DNA from: an uncultured delta proteobacterium
GTDB lineage: Bacteria > Desulfobacterota > RBG-13-43-22
Length of the DNA: 64,000 nucleotides
Direction: 5' to 3'
Assembly (NCBI GenBank): GCA_963802945.1
Contig: CAWDKY010000028.1
Location: forward strand, 64,001-128,000
Under the pieces are notes generated by a model. The model saw only the letters and a list, made by a program, of their open reading frames with translations, made no database searches and had not been told where the DNA came from. Both the position numbers and the translations under genes were made by a program. Shown here in pieces: positions 31,004 to 40,655 of this stretch (its first letter is position 1; each line of letters begins with the position of its first letter).

Positions 31004-31072
31004 CTGGAGCAATGGAGCAATGGAGTATTGGAGTAACGGATTTTAACCAATACTCCATTACTCCCATACACC
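31004..31072. repeat. Octamer (TGGAGYAW) inverted-repeat element
   Basis: tggagcaa tggagcaa tggagtat tggagtaa / caatactccattactcc; related element at 34813..34880. Confidence 0.65.
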
Positions 31073-31156
31073 AAAATATTTTTGTTGCCGTAATTCGTTT
31101 TTCGGATTATCTTCAACATTTCATTTTATCATCAAGGTAAGGGAAGGAAAAAAGAT

Positions 31157-32008
31157 ATGCCCCCGGCTGGAATATGGATTGATGGATTGATCCAAAGTTG
31201 CGCTTACATGACCATGGCCTTTGGCATGGTTTTGGTATTCAGTATCCTGGGGATATTGAACTGGACCCATGGTCAGTATTATATGCTGGGGGCTTTTATG
31301 GTCTATTATGCCATTACAGCCGCAGGCCTACCTTTTCCCTTAAGCCTTCTGGTAGCAGGGGTGTTGGTGGCGGGATTGGGCATGTTGGTAAAAAAAATCA
31401 TTATCGACCACATCACCGGCGAGTTATATGTGGGTGCGGCCACTATGGGGCTCATCTTTTTTTTCGAAGGTGCTGCCAGCATGGTCTTCGGTATGCAGGA
31501 TAAAGGTTTGGCCATGGTTCTTCCGGGTGTACTCAACCTGGGTTCTTTTAGTGTGAGCTACCAGAAGATTGCCGTGGTTTCTTTTACTCTGGTGATCATG
31601 ATTATCCTGTATATCATGCTGAATTATACTAAGATAGGATTGGCCATCCGGGCCACGGCTCAGCAACCCGATGCCGCCAGCTTATACGGCGTCAGTGTGG
31701 AGCGGCTTTCATTGACGGTTATGGGTATCGGCTGTGGGCTGGCGGCCCTGGCCGGAGGTATCATCGCCCCCCTTTACACGATTAATCCTTTTATCGGCGG
31801 CATCCCCATGCTCATGTCTTTGCTGGCCATTGTCATCGGCGGCATCGGCAGCCTTACTGGGGCCATTGTGGGAGGCTTCATCCTGGGCTTCATCAACTGT
31901 GTCCTGGCCTACAATTTGTCCTACTTTTCCGAGGTGGTGCTCTTCGTGCTGGTCATCATCATTCTGCTGGTCAGACCTCAAGGCTTGTTTGGAGCTTCCT
32001 TAAAATGA
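31157..32008 (+). CDS. livH: Branched-chain amino acid-type ABC permease
   Basis: GILNWTHG, TKIGLAIRA and IVIGGIGSLTGAIVGG. Confidence 0.85.
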   Translation: MPPAGIWIDGLIQSCAYMTMAFGMVLVFSILGILNWTHGQYYMLGAFMVYYAITAAGLPFPLSLLVAGVLVAGLGMLVKKIIIDHITGELYVGAATMGLIFFFEGAASMVFGMQDKGLAMVLPGVLNLGSFSVSYQKIAVVSFTLVIMIILYIMLNYTKIGLAIRATAQQPDAASLYGVSVERLSLTVMGIGCGLAALAGGIIAPLYTINPFIGGIPMLMSLLAIVIGGIGSLTGAIVGGFILGFINCVLAYNLSYFSEVVLFVLVIIILLVRPQGLFGASLK

Positions 32009-33027
32009 TGACTTATATTGATTATAAGAATGTTGTCCCTAAAGCCGTCATTGGGCTGGTGGTTCTCATGATCTTGTTGGTTCCGGTAATAACGCGCAAT
32101 GAGTCCACTCTGTCCATACTTATTTTAAGCGGTATTTGGGCCGTGGCCGTTATGGGATTCACCTTGGTGCTTCGAACCGGGCAATTCAGTTTGGGGCAGG
32201 CGGCTTTCATGGCTATCGGCGGATACACCTCGGCCATATTTACGGCTCAAATGGGTTGGTCGTTCTGGCCCGCCTTTTTCATGGCCGGTCTGGTTTCGGG
32301 CCTTGTCGCCTTATTAGTGGGCATGGTGGTTCTCCGAGTGGGAGGCATCTATTTTTCCATCATCACCCTGGCTCTCTGTGAGGTTGTCCGAATTATTGCC
32401 CAGCAATGGGAATCTGTTACCCGAGGGACACGGGGACTGATTACTTCGCAACCAAACCCCATTAATTTAGGTTTTTATGAAATTAATTTTTTTGCCAGTT
32501 CCGTTCCCTATTTTTACTTAACGATAGGGCTGGTGGCTCTCACCGCTATAGTTTTCCGGCAAATCGGCGAGAGCCGTCTGGGGCGTTCTTTCGCCGGGGT
32601 GGCCCTCAATCGGGTGCTGGCCGAACACCAAGGAATGTACTTGATGAAGTACAGGGTCATTGCCTTCACCGTGGCTGGCGTGTTCACCGGTTTGGCCGGT
32701 ACACTCTATGCACACTTCCTAACGGTTTTAACGCCTACCATGCTCGGTTTATGGCAGTCCATACAAATCATGATTATGAGTATCGTGGGGGGTATCGGCT
32801 CTCTGGTCGGGGGTCCGATTATCGGCTCTGTTTTACTTTATACCTTCGGCAGCTATCTGACCCGCCTGGAAATATACGGCATTCAGCAGTTGTTATTCGG
32901 CGCGGTTATTGTGCTGGTGCTCCTTTTTCTGCCCAAAGGGACCGGCTTGGTCGATCTCTGGGGGAAATTTTGGACCAAGGTGGTCTGGAGAGAAAAAGAG
33001 TTTGAATTTGACGAGGAGGAGGAATAG
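32005..33027 (+). CDS. livM: Branched-chain amino acid-type ABC permease
   Basis: TGQFSLGQAAF, GIYFSIITLA and SRLGR. Confidence 0.85.
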   Translation: MMTYIDYKNVVPKAVIGLVVLMILLVPVITRNESTLSILILSGIWAVAVMGFTLVLRTGQFSLGQAAFMAIGGYTSAIFTAQMGWSFWPAFFMAGLVSGLVALLVGMVVLRVGGIYFSIITLALCEVVRIIAQQWESVTRGTRGLITSQPNPINLGFYEINFFASSVPYFYLTIGLVALTAIVFRQIGESRLGRSFAGVALNRVLAEHQGMYLMKYRVIAFTVAGVFTGLAGTLYAHFLTVLTPTMLGLWQSIQIMIMSIVGGIGSLVGGPIIGSVLLYTFGSYLTRLEIYGIQQLLFGAVIVLVLLFLPKGTGLVDLWGKFWTKVVWREKEFEFDEEEE

Positions 33028-33131
33028 TTAAAAAACAGGTACAAGGTACAAGGCACGAGGTATGAGGCCATAAGAGTTAAGTAAAAAATATCGTCCTATG
33101 CTTAATTTTACCCCTGAACTTATATTTCGGT

Positions 33132-33265
33132 TTTGTAAAAGGTCGTCACCCCGGCGAAAGCCGGGGTCCAGGTGAATTAAAGTACTGGATTTCGACTGGA
33201 GTTTATCCCGCACATGATGCGGGACCGGAATGACAAAAAAGGGTTTTCAGCGAGCCTTCAAAAGA
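33132..33265. repeat. REPIN-like element related to 6039..6338
   Basis: gtcaccccggcgaaagccggggtccag ... ctggagtttatcccgcacatgatgcgggaccggaatgac, shared with 6270..6320. Confidence 0.75.
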
Positions 33266-33306
33266 AAATCTTTAAATGTTTCAATTTTTTTTATAAGGTT
33301 TTTCAT

Positions 33307-34071
33307 ATGTCTTTTTTGGAATTAAAAAAGGTAACCAAAACTTTCGGTAAACTGGCTGCCCTTGAAGATATTGACCTTAGGGTGGAACCGGGAGAAATAC
33401 TGGGCATTGTGGGCCCTAACGGTTCAGGGAAGACCACCTTGATCAATGTCATCAGCGGTTATTTCCGCCCTACTAAGGGAGAGATATTTTTCAACGACCA
33501 AAAGATATCCGGTTTGCGTCCCGACCGGATAGCGGCCCGGGGTATCATAAGAACCTTCCAATCCAATGTGCTCTATGAAGGGGCCACGGTGATTGAAAGT
33601 ATGCTGATCAGTTCTTATCAGCAATATAAGACCAACCACTGGCATTCTTTTTTTAACACCAGGACCTGGAAAGATGAGAATGAAAAGGTAGTGGGCCGGG
33701 TGATCGAGCTGGTGAAACTCCTTGATCTGTTGAATGATACTTTTTTGCCGGCGAAAGGGCTGTCTCACGGGTATCAGAGGCTGCTCGGCATCGCCATGGC
33801 CATGATCGCCAATCCTAACGTGCTCCTTCTCGATGAGCCGACCACCGGCATGAATCACGAAGAGGCCATGTTTGTGGTCGATAAGATCAAGAAGCTCAGG
33901 GAACAAGGCGTCACTATTATTTTGATCGAACACAACATGAAGGTTTTGCTGGATGTGGCCGACAGGGTGGTCGTCCTCAACTTCGGTACCAAGATCGCCG
34001 AGGGGAAGCCTAAAGAAGTAATGAACAAGCAGGAGGTCATCGAAGCTTATCTGGGAACGGAGACGGTTTAA
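33307..34071 (+). CDS. livG: ABC transporter ATP-binding protein
   Basis: GPNGSGKTT, RTFQ, LLLDEP, IEHNM and VIEAYLG. Confidence 0.9.
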   Translation: MSFLELKKVTKTFGKLAALEDIDLRVEPGEILGIVGPNGSGKTTLINVISGYFRPTKGEIFFNDQKISGLRPDRIAARGIIRTFQSNVLYEGATVIESMLISSYQQYKTNHWHSFFNTRTWKDENEKVVGRVIELVKLLDLLNDTFLPAKGLSHGYQRLLGIAMAMIANPNVLLLDEPTTGMNHEEAMFVVDKIKKLREQGVTIILIEHNMKVLLDVADRVVVLNFGTKIAEGKPKEVMNKQEVIEAYLGTETV

Positions 34072-34073
34072 TC

Positions 34074-34784
34074 ATGCTGGAATTGAAAGATCTCTGGATT
34101 AGATACGGCAAAAAGGCGGCGGTCAGAAGGTTATCCTTATCGGTGAATAAAGGGGATTTTGTCACCATCCTGGGAGCCAACGGAGCGGGGAAGTCAACAA
34201 CCTTGAATGCCATCAGCGGGCTGGTCAAGGTGAAAAGAGGGCAGGGGGAAATTCTCTTTAAAGGAGAAAAAATAAACGGTCTGAAACCCGGAAAGATAGC
34301 TGCCAAGGGCATCATTCAGATTCCGGAAGGCAGAAAGCTTTTCCCTCTTCTGACAGTCAGAGAAAATCTCATGATGGGGGCCTATTTGCGAAAAGACCGT
34401 AAAGGAGTGCAGCAGTCGCTGGATAAGGTCTTAACCCTTTTTCCGGACCTCAAGGACAAGCTCGATGACGAAAGCCGAGAATTGAGCGGCGGGCAGCAGC
34501 AGATGCTGGCCATTGCCCGAGGCCTAATGGCCGACCCGGAAGTGCTGATGCTGGATGAGCCATCGCTTGGGCTCAGCCCTTTACTCCGCCAAATGCTGGC
34601 TGAAAAAATCAAGGAGATTCACCAGGAGGGCGTGACCCTGATCCTGGTGGAGCAAAATGCCCGTTTGGGTCTCATGCTGGCCAATTACGGCTATGTGCTG
34701 GAAAATGGGGAATTGGCCTTGCAGGGCAAAACTTCCGATCTGATGAACGATGAAAACGTCAAGAAAGCCTATCTGGGAGTTTAA
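34074..34784 (+). CDS. livF: ABC transporter ATP-binding protein
   Basis: GANGAGKST, PEGRKLF, LSGGQQQMLAIAR and DEPSLGL. Confidence 0.92.
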   Translation: MLELKDLWIRYGKKAAVRRLSLSVNKGDFVTILGANGAGKSTTLNAISGLVKVKRGQGEILFKGEKINGLKPGKIAAKGIIQIPEGRKLFPLLTVRENLMMGAYLRKDRKGVQQSLDKVLTLFPDLKDKLDDESRELSGGQQQMLAIARGLMADPEVLMLDEPSLGLSPLLRQMLAEKIKEIHQEGVTLILVEQNARLGLMLANYGYVLENGELALQGKTSDLMNDENVKKAYLGV

Positions 34785-34812
34785 CTGCAGGCCAATCGGC
34801 ATTTTTAAAGAT

Positions 34813-34880
34813 TTGGAGTAATGATTTCTCTTTCGTATTCTATCCATAACCCCAGTAATCCAATACTCCATCACTCCAGT
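34813..34880. repeat. Octamer TGGAGTA inverted-repeat element between convergent genes
   Basis: ttggagtaatg / ccaatactccatcactcca. Confidence 0.55.
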
Positions 34881-34888
34881 TAGAATTT

Positions 34889-35752
34889 CTAGGCTGAATC
34901 GATTCTTTTACCTTCGCTCTTTACTGCTGTATTTTTGTGTTTGTTTTTAAACCACTCAATCAGACTTCTGGCAATACTGATCCTGCCAGGGATTTTGGGT
35001 AATTGGTCGAAGGTAAACCAGTTGGCCTCCAGGATCTCCGTACCGTCTACTCGGATCTCTCCACCGGCATAACGGGCGGTGAAACCGATCATCAGGGAAT
35101 CCGGAAAAGGCCAGGGCTGGCTCCCGAAATATCGGATGTCCTGCACCTCAATGCCGGTTTCTTCTCTTACCTCTCGCCCCACTGTTTCTTCCAAAGTTTC
35201 TCCCGGTTCAGCGAAGCCGGCCAGGACACTGTAAAACCCATCTTGAAAACGAGGGGAACTGGCCAGTAAACATTGATCTCCCCGTTCCACCAAAACGATC
35301 ACTGCCGGCGATATACGGGGAAAGCTCTGGTGTCCGCAGCCGGGACATTTCTTGGCCCTCTCACCGTCTTGAATTTTCAGTTCCATCCCGCATCGTTGGC
35401 AGAATCGGGTCTGTTGAGACCATTCAAGAAGATGAATGGCGCGAAAGGACAGCAGGAGTATATCCTGTTTCAGCCGTCTATAGAGCTGGAACAGATCCTG
35501 AAAAGCCATATCAAGAGGGGCTGCATCAGAATCAGGAACGATAGCGGCAAAACAGGGTTTTCCATCCAGGGTTCCCAGGTAGGTATCTTCTATAGGTTGG
35601 AACCCCAATGCCTCCGGACCGGAGAGAAGAGGGATTTTCGCTTCTTGGCCATCGGATGTTACGAGCAGTCTGCGTTTGGAAAAAATAAACCACCAGGCCG
35701 ATTCCGTTTGTTCATTCGGCCGATCGGTTGAGGCAATAAATCGTTTGGTCAT
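34889..35752 (-). CDS. nudC: NAD(H) diphosphatase
   Basis: Zn ribbon CQRCG..CPGC, Nudix box GFAEPGETLEETVGREVREETG and SQPWPFP. Confidence 0.95.
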   Translation of the reverse strand: MTKRFIASTDRPNEQTESAWWFIFSKRRLLVTSDGQEAKIPLLSGPEALGFQPIEDTYLGTLDGKPCFAAIVPDSDAAPLDMAFQDLFQLYRRLKQDILLLSFRAIHLLEWSQQTRFCQRCGMELKIQDGERAKKCPGCGHQSFPRISPAVIVLVERGDQCLLASSPRFQDGFYSVLAGFAEPGETLEETVGREVREETGIEVQDIRYFGSQPWPFPDSLMIGFTARYAGGEIRVDGTEILEANWFTFDQLPKIPGRISIARSLIEWFKNKHKNTAVKSEGKRIDSA

Positions 35753-35890
35753 TTTACAATCAACTCCCTTGAATCCTTAAATTTTATTTTCGTATTAAAC
35801 AATTAAAAAATAGGATATATATGGAAAAAGGTCAAGGTTAAAAGCTGTAGTTGTTTATTAGATTCTTTGCCTATATATGAGGTTCTTCTC

Positions 35891-36157
35891 GTGAACGACG
35901 AATTGCTCTTAAGTGAGTTTGAAGAATTAGCAGGTAAACTTGGAATAGCCATCCGCTATGAAAATGTAAATGGGGAAGACTCATCCGGTTCGGGAGGGCT
36001 CTGCCGTCTGAAGGGGGAATATGTTTTGATCATCCATTCACAGGCAACGGTGCAAGAGAAGATTCGGGTTATCCTGGAGGCCGTTAAACCTTTCCCTATC
36101 GGCGATGTCTATGTCAAGCCGGTTATCCGTGAATTGCTGGAGGAATCAAAGGAATAA
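35891..36157 (+). CDS. Small hypothetical protein
   Basis: ORF with LAGKLGIAIRYE..GGLCRLKG pattern; GTG start after gaggtt. Confidence 0.6.
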   Translation: MNDELLLSEFEELAGKLGIAIRYENVNGEDSSGSGGLCRLKGEYVLIIHSQATVQEKIRVILEAVKPFPIGDVYVKPVIRELLEESKE

Positions 36158-36291
36158 ACAATAAAGAGAAAAAAATTTCCGATACCCGGGAGGGGCATTC
36201 TCTTAGGTGTCGAACTGTCTGCCCGACTAAAAAATTTAAAGGGATGGTTCTGATTAGTAATTGTTTCCCCCCTTTATCATCTTCGCTTACA

Positions 36292-37293
36292 TCAGTGCGG
36301 GACAATTAGAATTTGATTGAAAAGTGTTTCAGCCAGTGTGTCGGCCTCTGTTGGATCGAGGCGCCGCAGTTCCCGGACGGCGTCCAGAGCGGCCGCCTTG
36401 TTGCCGGAAAGACCGTAAGCGATTCCAAGGAAATACCAGGAGTTGGCATTTTTCGGATTAAACTTGATAGCCTGACGCAGGGCCACAATGGCGTCGTCAT
36501 AGCGCCCGAGGTGGCCGTAAACGACTCCGAGGTCATACCAGGAGTAGGCATTTTCCGAATCGCTTTTCGTCCACTTCTGGCACCAATCAAGCATGCTCTG
36601 GTAGTCTTTCACAATTTCCAGAAAGATGGCGCGCTTCAACCATTCAGTCTGACCGCGTTCCTCGGCAATCGGTTTGTGGCCTGGCTTGATCTCGCCTATC
36701 CATTCCACGGGCATGGCGAAGTTCAGACTCTGCTCGCCTTCGATGTATAGGGTGGTCAGGCCGACCAGCTGGCCTTCCCTGTCGAACAGGCCCCCGCCGC
36801 TCGAACCGGGAGAGATGGCCGCCGTGGTCCGAATGAAGGGTGGCGGTCCGCCCCGAAGCTGTACAACAAGGCCGTCGGAAAGGGAAAGCTCCAAACCTTT
36901 CGGCGCTCCCACGGCATAAACTGAGTCTCCCATTTTAAGACCTGCCGCTTTGCCGAGTTCGGCCGGTTTCCCTGTGATACCCGTGGCATTAAGGAGACAG
37001 ATGTCCTTGTCGCCATCTTCCGCATACAGGGTGGCAGAAACAAGCAGGTTGCCTCGGCCCACTTGGTAAGATGTCCCCCTTTCCACGACGTGGCAATTAG
37101 TGGCGATCTTCCCGGAAGGAAGCAGCACCCCACTCCCCTGATCTTTTACATTTCCTTGAGTGTCCAGGGTCTTTACCACAACAACGGCATCCTTGACCTG
37201 TTCGAAGACCTGATCAGGCGTAAGAGCATTGACCTGTGCGGGAAGGATCGAGAGAAAGATTACGGCGGCAATCAGCTTCAAAACTGATGGCAT
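36292..37293 (-). CDS. Secreted trypsin-like serine protease with C-terminal TPRs
   Basis: Signal peptide; TNCHV, DICLL and ISPGSSGGGL catalytic triad; TPR helices. Confidence 0.88.
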   Translation of the reverse strand: MPSVLKLIAAVIFLSILPAQVNALTPDQVFEQVKDAVVVVKTLDTQGNVKDQGSGVLLPSGKIATNCHVVERGTSYQVGRGNLLVSATLYAEDGDKDICLLNATGITGKPAELGKAAGLKMGDSVYAVGAPKGLELSLSDGLVVQLRGGPPPFIRTTAAISPGSSGGGLFDREGQLVGLTTLYIEGEQSLNFAMPVEWIGEIKPGHKPIAEERGQTEWLKRAIFLEIVKDYQSMLDWCQKWTKSDSENAYSWYDLGVVYGHLGRYDDAIVALRQAIKFNPKNANSWYFLGIAYGLSGNKAAALDAVRELRRLDPTEADTLAETLFNQILIVPH

Positions 37294-37513
37294 ATTCGTC
37301 CTTTGATAAAACTCTGCTTTTGATATAGGAAGAGTATAAAATAAGGAAAAGATAGGATCAAGAAGAAAAACAGGGCGAAAGGCAAGGGGATAAAAGGAGT
37401 CATCTGTAGAAAACAAGGCGTTACAGGTCTGCACTTTTTAAATAGATTACCTACAAATCTTCTAAATTGGTCGTTCCGAAATTTAACGATTATTGTTTGA
37501 AATGTGCATAAGC

Positions 37514-37544
37514 AAAGGCAGGGCCATTGCTGAACCCTGCCTTT
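37514..37544. terminator. Stem-loop after the substrate-binding protein gene
   Basis: aaaggcaggg / ccctgccttt. Confidence 0.6.
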
Positions 37545-37576
37545 CCGGCTTTTGGATGTTCAGGGCTATCCTTTTA

Positions 37577-38986
37577 TTAGTCTGCGGGATTTTTTCCCTT
37601 GCATCGTTCCAGTTTCGGATCCATCCAGGGGAGAATTCTTTCCGCTGGGATCCTCCATGCAGGACCAAGATAGGAATAATCGGAAGCCCAATGATAGGGC
37701 GGGATATTGAAAGCTACCTTCTGTTGATCGGGTGAGACATATTCGATGATATAAACATCTTGAATCGTATTGTGATCACAAGCCCGCATTTTTGCCACGT
37801 GACCGTTTACATATTGATAAGTGTCCCCTTCCCAGACCTTGATGATCTTTTCAGCATCCGTACTGCCGGCCCTTTCGATAACACTCAGCATCCAATACCC
37901 TTCCATCGCAAAGGCGTCCCATCCCTGCTCGTAACTCCTGTTATTAAAAGGGGGTTTGAATTTGGTTCTATATAAATTTTGCCAAGTATTATAGTATTTG
38001 ATCATTTCCGATGTTTTAAAGACCGGATTGCCATTATAAACAGGACTGCCTAGTTGCAAACCTTTGGAACCCTCAATGCCGACGTCACTTAAGGCAACGG
38101 GGTCAGTGACGAAAATTTGGGCCATGGGAAGCTTGATCCCCATTTGTCGGGCCTGTTTCAGGAGGTTGAGGGCATCCGGATTCCAATCGCCGGTGTAAAT
38201 CACCTCGGCTCCGGAGGCCTTTATCTTGGTCAGATAAGGGGCAAAATCGGTCAGGAACAGCTTATGATAATCTTCCCCGACGATTTGGGCCTCGGGATAA
38301 TATTCCTTTAAAGCTTTTTTAAAGCTGTCGGCCAGGTCATGACCGAACATATAGTCCTGGCAGAGAATGTAAAATTTTTTTTCTTTTTTCCTGACGTGGC
38401 CGTAAAAATAGGCAAAGGCCTTGCCGACCTGTGAAGTCTGCCACCAGGGCATAAAGGCATACCGGGAAAAATTAGTAGCATCCTGGAGCTCGTCGGATAA
38501 AGAAGTAAAGTTCATGGCAATGATCTTATATTTCTCGGCCGTTTGGTTCATGACCTTCACGATGTGGCTGCCGTCTGCCCCCACCAGGAACTTGACACCT
38601 TCCTCTAAGACCATCCGTTCACAGGCCTTTTTGGCTTGGGCCGGATTTCCCCCATGATCGGCTTTGAAAATCTGGACCAGCTTCTTTTTCCCGTCGACCA
38701 TGATGCCGCCCCTCTTGTTGATATCGTGGGCCGCCCACTGGAAACAACAAAAATAATATTCTCCCACTGCGGTAGCCGGACCAGAAAAGGAACCAACTAT
38801 GGCAATCTTGATGGTGTCCCCGGTGGGGATCACCGGGTTGCTGGGATCGAAGTTAGACATGTCGCCCATTTTGTTGACCTCAAACTTGGCTTTGGCCGCC
38901 ATAGCTGCATTGGAACTTATGGCCGACAGTAACAAAAATGAAAAAATACTTAAAACAATGAAAATGCCTTTTCCTTTCGATTTCAT
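37577..38986 (-). CDS. ABC transporter substrate-binding protein (Liv-type), stand-alone
   Basis: Signal peptide, DINKRGGI, QDYMFGH and TDFAPYLTKIKASGAE. Confidence 0.88.
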   Translation of the reverse strand: MKSKGKGIFIVLSIFSFLLLSAISSNAAMAAKAKFEVNKMGDMSNFDPSNPVIPTGDTIKIAIVGSFSGPATAVGEYYFCCFQWAAHDINKRGGIMVDGKKKLVQIFKADHGGNPAQAKKACERMVLEEGVKFLVGADGSHIVKVMNQTAEKYKIIAMNFTSLSDELQDATNFSRYAFMPWWQTSQVGKAFAYFYGHVRKKEKKFYILCQDYMFGHDLADSFKKALKEYYPEAQIVGEDYHKLFLTDFAPYLTKIKASGAEVIYTGDWNPDALNLLKQARQMGIKLPMAQIFVTDPVALSDVGIEGSKGLQLGSPVYNGNPVFKTSEMIKYYNTWQNLYRTKFKPPFNNRSYEQGWDAFAMEGYWMLSVIERAGSTDAEKIIKVWEGDTYQYVNGHVAKMRACDHNTIQDVYIIEYVSPDQQKVAFNIPPYHWASDYSYLGPAWRIPAERILPWMDPKLERCKGKNPAD

Positions 38987-39061
38987 TACCTTCCTCCTTT
39001 GAGAGCGTCAAAAAATAAACTTTTTTTTAAATTAACCTCCTTTCTTTTAAAAAAACAGTAC

Positions 39062-39310
39062 CTAACAAATTATAGTAGAGCCGAATTTACCAAGGTCATT
39101 CTTCGGTTTCACTCCCAACTCCAACTTAATGAGAGCCGCCGCTTTCGCCTCCCCCAATATGGTTAAGCCGAATCTCTTTTTTGATTCGAAGAGCCATTCC
39201 ATCCACCGCCGGCGATCTCTGGAAAATTTAAACAGATATTCCCTCTTATGGCATCGATGGGTGATATGCCATATCTGATTAGGAATAAAATATCGATTGG
39301 CACGCGGCAT
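39062..39310 (-). pseudogene. N-terminal fragment of a REP-associated tyrosine (HUH/Y1) transposase
   Basis: MPRANRYFIPNQIWHITHRCHKREYLF; truncated before the HUH motif. Confidence 0.75.
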
Positions 39311-39428
39311 CTCTGGTCTTCTTAACCCACTCTTTTTGGGGGGTAAAAAGATCGGTTTAAGGCCTTTTTAACCCATTATTTTTAGTATCTTTCAGTGGAA
39401 TTTCAATCTATTGTCTCGGTCCGACCCC
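39238..39428. repeat. 191-bp direct repeat, copy 1 (transposase 5' end plus GGGGTCGGACC end)
   Basis: Nearly identical to 40656..40846. Confidence 0.9.
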
Positions 39429-40281
39429 CCTTTGACTGCATGCCATGGTTGCGCGGGTCAAGGGGGTGTTCGGGGCTAAAATCAATACGTGTACCCAAAT
39501 GTAGACCAAGCATATCCAAAGCCTCCTTAATCTCGAGAACCTTACTCCTACCGAAAGCCTTCAGCATTAGCATTTCCTGCTCCGTCCTTTGAACCAACTG
39601 TCCAAGGTAGCGTATGTCCAGTTTCTTGAGCATGGTGGACGTGTCAATTCTCAGACCAAGAATGTCAATCGGGGCAAAAAACTTTGACGCACAACCAACA
39701 TAAGCTGTACGCATCTCGGAATTGAGCACCCGAACAGTGTTTAGAACCTCCTCCAGTAGCTCCCTGTCTGTTCTGAGGACTGCGCGATCCAACTGGTGCT
39801 GTTCCTTTAGTACGTCGTTTATATCCTTTTCAAGATCAGGCCACCATTTTTCGTAAACAGCGTCCAACACAGGGGCATCCAGAGCCAGTTCACCGAGTGC
39901 CTGGTTTATCGTCTTAAGGAGTTTTTTCACTTCATCTTTTCCAAAAACCGCGGCTTGAAATTGCAGTAGAGGTCCTTTCAGATCAGCACTATTAATACCA
40001 AACAACAACGGTATGACACGGGATTTATCGACACTTTTCGACAGCGCTCCTGCTTCAAACATTATCCAGGGTTCGTCTGTGTTTTCCCGCGTCAAACAGA
40101 TGAGTCCAACCTTAGATTGCTCGAGTTCTTTCGATATCTCAGTGTACCACCGTGCCCCTTTGTTAATATCGTCTGGTGAAAAATATGGTTTGACAATTTG
40201 AATAACGGCCGGTATCCACTCTCTAAATATCTCAGCAAGTTTCTTGCTGGTGGAGCCAGACCAGCTTATAAATACTCTCAT
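39403..40281 (-). CDS. TIR domain protein fused to an RNA polymerase alpha-CTD-like domain
   Basis: MRVFISWS...KGARW..EI..PWIMFEAGAL (TIR with catalytic Glu); C-terminal PIDILGL..IRYLGQLVQRTEQE..FGR..EIKEAL..LGLHLG (alpha-CTD). Confidence 0.85.
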   Translation of the reverse strand: MRVFISWSGSTSKKLAEIFREWIPAVIQIVKPYFSPDDINKGARWYTEISKELEQSKVGLICLTRENTDEPWIMFEAGALSKSVDKSRVIPLLFGINSADLKGPLLQFQAAVFGKDEVKKLLKTINQALGELALDAPVLDAVYEKWWPDLEKDINDVLKEQHQLDRAVLRTDRELLEEVLNTVRVLNSEMRTAYVGCASKFFAPIDILGLRIDTSTMLKKLDIRYLGQLVQRTEQEMLMLKAFGRSKVLEIKEALDMLGLHLGTRIDFSPEHPLDPRNHGMQSKGGRTETID

Positions 40282-40655
40282 AAATACCCCCTGTGGTTGT
40301 TTGAAAACTGCCAACCCGATTCTCGATAACTACTGCCCAAGTTATTCTAAAGATCTGCATATCTCCTTGTTTTCCATGATATACAGAAAGATAATCTTAA
40401 GTTTAACGCCCAATTTTGTTTTAATGGGCATAAATTAACCTTTTGTAAGAGTATTAACTTCAAATATTTGATCCTTACCTCATTAAAACAAAAAACCCCA
40501 CCTCTTATTTAAAAAATGGGGCTTATAGTTCTTCCCTCGACACTCCCTTAGTAAAAGGTTGCCAACAAGAAAGCTTCTTCAATTTGTTTAAGAATTCTTA
40601 CCTCCTAATTATCAATAAGTCAATTAATTTCAATAAGCTTTTTATTTATTAAGAA

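Noticed and set aside
33214-33306. N-terminal extension of livG
   Set aside because: Starts inside the REPIN element; the likely start is ATG 33307
35867-36157. IrrE/ImmA-like metallopeptidase
   Set aside because: The N-terminal pattern is reminiscent but HEXXH is absent; left as hypothetical
39480-39681. A second rpoA gene
   Set aside because: Only the CTD is present, fused in frame to TIR, with no alpha N-terminal domain or ribosomal-operon context
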